Below, piece after piece: positions 55,056 through 64,000 of a stretch of DNA of 64,000 bases (position 1 is the first letter of the stretch; each line of letters starts with the position of its first letter). The position numbers and the translations under genes are program-made. The stretch lies in assembly GCF_000150275.1 (NCBI RefSeq), contig NW_002060949.1, forward strand, positions 1,051,836-1,115,835, in the 5' to 3' direction. The stretch comes from Trichoplax adhaerens. Taxonomy: Eukaryota; Animalia; Placozoa. Under the pieces are notes generated by a model. That model did no database searches and had not been told where the DNA came from. It was given only the letters and a program-made list of their open reading frames with translations.

Positions 55056-55605
55056 GTCCAGTACAGTACAGTACCAGTACACCACTACCAGCGTGTACAG
55101 TACGGTACAATGCACTATGATTCGACAGTACTGTACTGTACTGTACTACTGTATACTCAGTGGACTGCTCTGCTGGTAAAGCTGTGGTAGGCGAAGTCAT
55201 TGCCGTAGCTGAGAACACTGTTTAAAGCATAGTAGGAACTTGATACAAAGTCGTCTTGATCATCAGGCGTCAATGAAAAATATCAAGCCATTAATTAGTG
55301 CGCATAAATTGCATAATACAGTACACCGTCCAGTACAGTACCAGTACACCACTACCAGCGTGTACAGTGTACTGTATTGTACACTGTAGAGCACGGTACA
55401 ATGTACTGTGGTTCGACAGTACTGTACTGTAGTGTACTATACTCAGTGGACTGCTCTGCTGGTAAAGCTGTGGTAGGCGAAGTCATTGCCGTAGTGAAGC
55501 TGAGAACACTGTTTAAAGCATAGTAGGAACTTGATACAAAGTCGTCTTAATCATCAGGCGTCGATGAAAAATATCAAGCCATTAATTAGTGCACATAATA
55601 CACCG
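55056..55605. repeat. Tandem duplication of a ~270-280 bp unit
   Basis: GTCCAGTACAGTA..CCAGTACACCACTACCAGCGTGTACAG...TCAGTGGACTGCTCTGCTGGTAAAGCTGTGGTAGGCGAAGTCATTGCCGTAG...AAAAATATCAAGCCATTAATTAGTGC occurs at about 55056-55327 and 55328-55605. Confidence 0.93.
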
Positions 55606-58600
55606 TGCCGTACAGTACAGTATGACGTTAGCGGGTACAACGTGCCACATTGTACAGTCAAGATTTACTCATTGAAGAAGAACCCAACGAAAAGGGCTAC
55701 CAAGGGCTACTAGGTAAGCGTATTTAGATAGAATAGCTTCATTTTCGCTTGTTTTATCGTTAATTTATTATCAGAAACAATCTTTTGATATCACCATTAC
55801 CATCATCTAATCTGGAGAGTATAATAGCTGCAAATGATCGTACTTGTATTCGATATTCATCAAAATACTTGACTGTGCGAGCATAACATGTTGGTTATGA
55901 ATTGATTGCCGACGAGGAGTAGCGATAGAATTACATCTGTTGCCTTCTTATTTGACCGTTGGTCATGATAATGCCAAATAGAATATCCACACACTAAGTG
56001 TTTTATTTGTACCTATCAGTAACAAAAGATTTCCGATGGATTGAAATAACAGGCTCCTCTATGAAGATTAGGGCAAAAAACTGCCTTTTAAATTAGCTCA
56101 CCAATGCTAGTGATACTACAGTATTCGCCAATTACAGTATAAAGCGATGTTGATTACTGACCAACATCGACGAATGCCACCATCAACGTTATTAAGGTAT
56201 TGATTTAAAGTACGGCAATAGGATAATTATCAACAACAATTCACTCATAAGTTAGCCAGTAATATAACCCTGATGATGATGAATTGTGTATACGCCATTA
56301 ACTGTTGAATGCAGGGTAAATTGATTATTACTTGACGGTAAATAAGATGCGTTGAAAAAGATTACATGACTGTGAACTCGAGCTACCTTGCAATATACCA
56401 ATCCAAGTATTGTATTACCGATATGGGCAAACTTGGCACTAAGATTATCTTGACTACAGGATCAAAATCTGCTTTAGAAACCAGTTGTTATCATGTTGGG
56501 CATAGAAACTAGAGTCGCAGATGACATTCTCTGAATACGTACGTCATCAGAGTTCATAGGGCTTAAATTCATCAATTACCATTATCAATTCATAATGATA
56601 AGACACTCGGCATGAAACTATATATTGAGATCCTGTAGTGCAATATAAATGATAGACTGTACTGGACTTTCATTCGTAGCTAACTAGCTTATAGAACTAT
56701 TTCTACTAGTGTACAGTAGTATAGTGCAGCATGTCATAGTAAGATACGTATAACGATGTACCGTAAAAAGGACTCGAACTTTTCCGATGATGATGACAAA
56801 TTTCCATCAATGACTTGTTAACTCATTCCTTCAAATGATCTATAGTACATACAGGTATGCATGTATGTATATCTAAAAAGATACGTTAACATCACAGTAA
56901 AAAGATCGAATGATAGATACTCTACCTTTCGGCCTACGTCGACAGTACTACAACGTTTAGCAAGAAGGCTTTGATTACACCGCTACCTGCTGCTAATAAA
57001 TTTGCTCTTACGCGTATACAACTATTTTCAGTACATTGATAGATTATTAACAGGAGGAAGCCTTTTGTCCATGTGTAGTTCAGATCGATGATAGATAGAC
57101 TCTGTTGATTCACGATAATATTGCCCTTAGTAGTGAATTCTGAAGATACAGCTATAATACCCGAAGCTATACAACGCTCACAATATTGCCAGATACAGTA
57201 TGTTTACGCTTATACAAAATATGTATTATAAGAAATGCTTTCATCTAAGTCATTGAAGTAACCTTCATCACAACCAGAAAATATGTCAAGTGATTCGTAC
57301 ACGTATGTACAGAACAGAGAAATAATTGTCTTGAATGTACTGTACTTATGTCCACGGATAAGTTTAGAGTTCTTTGCTATATTTCTACAATACTAGACAA
57401 TATTCGAAAACAAGATTCATACATTCTAGTATAATCACACTTGTATTTGACCCATCTACAGTACTGTTAATCGGAAACAAATTTTAATCTTCACAATCGT
57501 CGATTCAATTCAACATTGAAATGAGTTTTGTAACAGTGTACGCGTGTATACGATAATGGTTGATGCATACAAGCATACAATTACTTGTGATCAGAATCAA
57601 GGCTTAACAATTTGCGAGACTTGCTACAACATTTGGATAGTAATAGCATTGTTCTATTCATCTCATCATCGTAGGATCTTTCATTTCTAGTCTAAGAATA
57701 AGTTATACAGCCTTTCAATTATAAGTTGATAAATACAGGAATAATTATCATAAACGTAAATGCAACCTTCAGTTGTAATTACCGCAAATGTCTCAACAAG
57801 TATACGCGTACTCTGAACTACACCAACTTGTATAATGAAACAAATACTGTACAGTCATTTACAAATTAGATAGCATGCAATAGAACGCTTTAAATATTCC
57901 ACCGTTTCTGTTAATGTATTAAATTTATATATTATGTAAGGATGGTTACTACTGCATTTTGAAGATGATTCGGTCGGTAGTCGTTTCCGTTGAACGTTAG
58001 TGACTACATTTTAATAATGTATACTGTATAGGTTACATGAATATACGGACGGGTATGCTACTATTTGCATCTAGGTCGTTTAATTACTACCAATGTATGC
58101 TGAGTCAATCCGTGAGACTTGCTTTTGTATATACAAATAATATAATCCATAGACTTCTAAATTACGCGATCAAATACAAAGCATAGAATTGACGGACTCG
58201 AATGACCTAAATTCGATATTATGGATCTTCATATTTAGGGATTTCTTGTTCATGCTATCAAAAGTAGCCAATAGTCTTTTTTTTCCCCCTTAACTTAGTA
58301 ATTAAACGTTATCTATGATTCATATCACTTTGAAGTTAGAACGTTGAAGATTTGATGTAAAATATAATAGCTTCATTGTATTCAAATTCCTACATCAATA
58401 TTACGAGTCGAAACCGCCCTTTCCTCCAATAATGTAGAATATACTTCCATTTTATTGTCATAATTGTGTTCTACTCCTGACTAAAATTTAGAGATCAGTG
58501 CTAGGTCGTATGAGACATACGCATACATATATCATACACTTCCTTGATGCGTACGTTCACATATTTTTACAATCAATCACCGTCATCTCAATGTAGTAAT

Positions 58601-59051
58601 TTCCTACGGCCTGGATGGGGACCAGTATTTTATTTATATGTGAGAATTCACTGACTGCAAGCTTCAGATATGTAGTCTATTTAGTCTTTTTGTACTCGTA
58701 TGCTACTGATAACGTACACTGTTTTACACTAGTCACAAGATGAATTCTAAATTAACTACGTACAACTATTCGTTCTACATCGTATTAATTAATATCCGTT
58801 ACTGAATATGTGTCTGAGCGAAACAATGGAGCTATTTCGTTTCACTATCGTTGAAATCCTAGCTTTTCATACTATTGCGTAATGTTAAATATCCGAGTTA
58901 CATTGTCGGTCATGCTAAGACTGGATATGGACAAAAGAAAACTGATTATTTATTACCCATAAGATTAACGGAATTAACATTTTATTTACCAAAAATCAAT
59001 TCAATCATAAATTGATACTCTGATTCCGTCAATGTATGAATCTTTTCAAAA

Positions 59052-59275
59052 TCTACATCTGTAAAACCTCCAAACTAGATAATATATCATTTCATTTTCA
59101 AAAATTATAATAGCAGATTTCGAAATGTAGATGATAATGCATAGCATATATTACCGACAATACGGATGTTCTACATCTATAAAAATCTCCCAAACTAGAC
59201 AATATACCCATTCGTTTTACAAATTGTAAAAGCGAATGCAAAATTTAGAAAATAACACTATAATGTTACTGACCA
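59052..59275. repeat. Diverged tandem duplication, ~118 bp unit, upstream of RER1
   Basis: TCTACATCT(G/A)TAAAA..CTCC..AAACTAGA(T/C)AATATA starts at about 59052 and 59170. Confidence 0.7.
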
Positions 59276-59665
59276 CGCGAACATTAATGTCATTTCGAAA
59301 TGGGTTTGTTGTATACTGACGATCGAATTAAACTTTTCTTGCTTAACTTAGGTAACCAGATTTATTGGTCTATAAGGAATGTATTTTTACTACGCTGAAT
59401 AGCAAAGATAAAACAGAATCTGCTTGTAAATTTCCGATAAACTTTGAGCCTAATCGAGTAAGGATTGCCTTTTGGATAAATTTTTACTTCTCTAATTTTA
59501 TATAGCTACTAGTATTTTATAATTACAATTACACACGAGAGTTTTTTAGTGAACTATTACAGGATATCACTAGATTAAAATTGTAATCGGTGCTCTAAGT
59601 TCTAAATTGCTCTTTAACTTAAACTGTAGCATCGTTATCGTTCTTTAGGTAAATAAATTATCAAA

Positions 59666-60853
59666 ATGTCTTCAAATGGTGATGAATTGGGAAGACCTTC
59701 TCCTTCCGTTATATCGCGTTTATCCACTAGCATATCACTTGTACGATCAACGTAGCTTAACTTTATTACTATCAACCTTTATATTTGTTTAGTTATTAAT
59801 TTATTGTCCATTAAATATTAAAAGTATTATCAGAACTTTCTCGATCGTGCCACCCCGTATGTTATTGCTAGATGGATTTCGACAATGGTATTATCAATTA
59901 TCTATGGTCTAAGGATATATATAATCCAGGTATTATTGGATTAAAATCTTAGTTAAAGCTAGACTACAGGTTTCTTCATACACTTGCTATACTATATATT
60001 TCTCTTGCCAAATTTTCGTTGTAAAGATAATGATTTTGTACTTATGGTAAAGGTATTTAGCAAGAAAATTCATATTATCAACTTCATTTTTTATGCCAAA
60101 AATTTAGGGATTCTACATAGTAACTTATGCTCTCGCCATCTTTTTATTGAACCAATTTATTGGTTTCCTAACTCCCCAAATGGATCCTGCAATGTCTATG
60201 GAAGAAGGTTTGAATAAAACTTTTCCTTAGATAATCAACTAATATGTCTACTACACGATTGCAATTTGATCACATCACTTTACGTAAAATGACGAATTTT
60301 GATAACATGATTGACTATTACGAATAGAGGAAGATGGACCGACGTTACCTACCAGAAGAGATGAAGAATTCAAGCCGTTTATGAGAAGGCTCCCTGAATT
60401 TAAGTTTTGGTAATTAAATATTAGTCAATATGCAATTATATTGTCCTGGAAATATCTTTATCATGCAATAATCAAATTATTCGGCGCTTTCTGAAGCTTA
60501 TTTTAAAATTTTTATAGGACTTCTACTACTCGAGCTATTATAATTGCAACTTTCTGCACTTTCTTCCAAGTATTTGATGTACCAGTATTTTGGCCAATAT
60601 TGGTAATTTATTTTTTCTTATTGTTTTTCATGACAATGCGAAGACAAATCGAGGTTTGTACCATTTTACGCAAAGTGTGGTATAGTAGTAGTCTACATAG
60701 GACAACGGATGCATTTCTATTTATTAAATAACTAATGTAGAAATCTTACTTGTCCAATTGTAGCATATGATTAGGTACAGATATTTGCCATTTTCTCATG
60801 GAAAGAAAAAATATAAAGGGAAGGAAGACAGTGGAAAAGTTGTGGTATCTTAG
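59666..60853 (+). CDS. RER1: RER1, retention in endoplasmic reticulum sorting receptor, 6 coding exons
   Basis: [112 protein letters not shown]. Confidence 0.97.
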
Positions 60854-63199
60854 TATCATTGATTTGTAGCTGATTACTAATATAAATTAAGTAATAAATT
60901 GTAACATCAATGAGTTCGGTTAGTCCCATTTTTAAAATATTAAAAACTCAACTGATAATAATAATTGCTGAAATACTGCATCTAATAGCTGTTACTGAAA
61001 TCGGTTAAGAGAATTTTATTGAATTTCTCGGTATTGGTACATCGGTATGAATCAGAAAATTTTTTGTCTTTATATTATACTAATTATTGTTAGATAGCAA
61101 TGCTTCGAAATCTTCGTAATATTGAGGTAGAGATATGCCGGTATGGATAATGATAATTTACAGTATTGTTCTCGGTCTACTCTTCTGTACAAATTGTTCG
61201 TGATTCACGTTATTTTAAATAAAGCCTTTCAGACTAATCAATCTTGAAGAAAACTTAATATGGTTCATCCTGAATGCTGTTATTTTTTGTTCACATTCTT
61301 TGTAACTAGTGCAACTTTAATTTTTTTGTGCTCCATTTGTTCTATTCAAGTATTAATTCATATTGAGTAGTTGCTGGAAAGTTTGACACTTCGTACAGTA
61401 TATCTGTTATGAACCAATTACTGTAAGCTAGTATCATCGCATGATGGATTATAGCCAATCCACGACGAAAGTATGCTTGCTACAAGCTACAATGCAACCA
61501 TCTGAATAGTGTATACTCGTATATATGTATATGTAGAGTGAATATGTATAAAATACGAATATGTAATGTACTATTACTAGATATCATATTTTCATCTATA
61601 GAAATTAATAACCATACCAATCATATGACTATTGGCGGCTGTGATAGGCATTTAATGCACATCCGTTACCAATTAAAAATACGATTCGAAAGGATTACTA
61701 GATACCTAAAACTCGTTCTTGTCAATCGAAAAATCGTTGTGATTTAGCATAGTAGAATTATGTACAGTAGAATAGCGAACACCCATTAATGAATAATATA
61801 TTAATTAGTTTTTAAATTTGGTCTTTCAAGGAGAGGGAGTGTGCCACAACGTCAGTGTAGAGTGTACGAGTACACACCTTAGGGTATTCACTTGAAGCGT
61901 TAAACTGTAAATGCTTTTGTGTCATCACAATCAAGATTGAATTCCAACAGATGCATTTAATGATGAAATAACTATCTTGACAGTGATAATAATTTATTCT
62001 TGATGGATGATTCATTGATGGCTAAAGCATGACTAAAGTAGTAATTACGCTATTAACGTTTACTAGTTCGACTGATGGATAAACAGAAGGCTAAAAATAG
62101 TTATGATAGGTAAGAGGACTCAAAATTATTCACGCTACTTGTAGAAGGTGGCTACATTATAAGGTACAGATCGTCGAAATAAAATTGACTTTATTTTTTG
62201 AAGAAAAATATCTATCTTTCCCCGAGAATCGAGTCTTGTTATGAGTCAAATGACGATATCCGTAACCTTAACGGATAATAAATTAGGTTAGACTTTCAGT
62301 TTGGCTACGAGCTAATAGTTTAATCAATAGCGTAATGCTATCATAATGAGAAGTGTTGATACCAAGTGACTATGAAAGAGCTATTTTATTGAATTACGAG
62401 ATATATGAGTATATATTCTTATCAATTTATCCGATTACTATTGCTGTTAAGCATACAGTAATAATGCTAGACTAACAATTGAATCCAGCTGGAGGTCCGG
62501 TCCAGGTCTAACTGATATACGTTCTGTACGAACTCGTACTGTATGCGTAAAATGAACTGTCATCTACTATGCACGCATACTATCGTCTCCAGAGATTGAC
62601 AGATTCTACACAGCTGTTACAGTTTCAGACTTTGAGTGAATTGTTGCTTTATATTCATTTATTGATATTACTGGGGCAAATTACTATTACGTAACAAGTC
62701 TTTTCTTCCAACTTGAAAGATCTTTTTATGAGCAGCTACAATACAGTATATGGCAGTGAGGAAGTCCGTAACTCGCTCGTGATGCAGGAGGAAATTTATT
62801 TTACTGGAGCAAGTTAACATACTGTACGTGAGAATCTCTTCTTTTTTAAGCATAGCCGCAAAAAAGTATCGAAATTACATCAAAATAAGAACCATAATAG
62901 CAAAATCTGTATCGCATTTAGGGTTTCTCCATGACTAGCCATATTTACGTTCTAAAGCCCAATTTTGAGACAGACAGACAGACAAAGCAAGAAAAAAACC
63001 GACCCAAACTTGTTATACTTCCTCGGGCGGGTGGACCTTCATCGCCAAATGAGGCTTCTCAATATGGAAAAATGACTACTTAGTAAAAGGATCTTCCGTG
63101 TCTGTTTTTCTATATCGGTGGTACTAATTGAAATAACATTATAAAGCTAAATTAAGCCATCCGATCAAGCGAGAGCCAGTATTGCTGACTGTTTTATTT

Positions 63200-63385
63200 G
63201 TTTGTTCTACTGTACAGTATACGACCCATCTAGACTTATCCAGCATGGGTTACTTTCTTTTTCCATAACAATAGTGTACAGTACTGTACAGTATACAGAC
63301 AGTTACAGTATTACTACCGTACGACTTACTGTACTAAGTACAGTACAGTGCGTACTGTACAGTACAGTGTACAGTATAATGTATT
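63200..63385. promoter_or_regulatory. TACTG/CAGTA-rich tract upstream of the FKBP12-like gene
   Basis: Dense TACTGTACAGTA palindromic repeats about 250-430 bp before the ATG. The regulatory role is inferred. Confidence 0.4.
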
Positions 63386-63634
63386 CTTACTATGGTGTGC
63401 AAATTGGCCTGTCACCCGCTTTCTCTCTGATATCTTCTGCTACTACATAAGAGAATGTCAATAGGGTGACAGCTCATTTTGCAACGCAGAGTACAGTATC
63501 ACGTATTGGCGCACGAGTCAGCGAAGTTCAAACTCCACTTATAAAAGGTGAAAAGAAAGAAAGAGCTGCAAGCAGACTGCACATACGGCTGGACTCGAGT
63601 GGCTAAAACATTTCCTTCATTGAAATTGATCAAA

Positions 63635-63677
63635 ATGTCCGGAGAATTTCGTATTGAAACTATCGAACCCGGCGACG
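63635..63677 (+). CDS. FKBP1A: First coding exon of an FKBP12-type peptidyl-prolyl isomerase; the rest lies outside the window
   Basis: MSGEFRIETIEPGD-G|GT matches FKBP12 MGVQVETISPGDG, with the phase-1 intron at the same glycine. Confidence 0.7.
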
Positions 63678-64000
63678 GTATTGAATAAATATATGATAAA
63701 TTAGTCACACTATGCCACCCTAAATATTTTGATAATCAACATCGTGTGAATTTGATATTCATCCCTTTTCTAGAAAATGGATGAGAATCTGGATAGACAG
63801 TAGTGCGCAGTTTAATTCTCTTCCAAGATTTGCATTAGAGCATGATTATGCTAGTTTACTCGTGAAATGGAAAGAATCAATCATCAGTAGAGTCATTATA
63901 TTACTATTAGTGAACAGGATGAGAAGCCACTGTATTCGATAACAATTTAGATCCTTTTCATGCGATTGGTGTTCATACTCAAAAACCGTTATTTTAACGT

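Noticed and set aside
55157-55266. C/D-box snoRNA on the minus strand (TGATGA...CTGA) in the duplicated unit
   Set aside because: The C box is non-consensus (C before UGAUGA), there is no terminal stem and no recognisable rRNA antisense element.
55700-59000. Transposon or gene remnant in the long intergenic stretch
   Set aside because: No terminal repeats, transposase or RT motifs, or sustained frame was seen.
61812-63110. Short minus-strand ORFs or exon-like blocks between RER1 and FKBP
   Set aside because: No consistent spliced frame or homology could be established by eye.

Overview
AT-rich eukaryotic genomic DNA with many short GT-AG introns. The compact gene structure and divergent metazoan proteins suggest an early-branching animal such as a placozoan (Trichoplax-like); this is inference only. 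Exons were assembled by hand. Recognisable genes: the 3' part of a vitellogenin (LLTP helical domain, beta-sheets, vWD, C-terminal Cys motif; +), RMI2 (-) head-to-head with HDAC3 (+) across a 6 x 85-bp tandem array, Hook (-), an SLC35D nucleotide-sugar transporter (-), RER1 (+) and exon 1 of an FKBP12-like gene (+). The most unusual region is about 24-46.5 kb (-). It holds a tandem cluster of very divergent short vitellogenin/LLTP-like genes ('mini-Vg') that are not obvious from the ORF track. Two copies can be reconstructed (copy A about 690 codons) and share intron phases with the vitellogenin, the same large internal deletion and termination right after a C-x10-C motif, so they lack vWD. 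Copy A has one in-frame stop. At least two more decayed copies appear to lie nearby. TACTG/CAGTA-rich tracts mark several gene starts. No rRNA, tRNA, CRISPR array or recognisable transposase was found.
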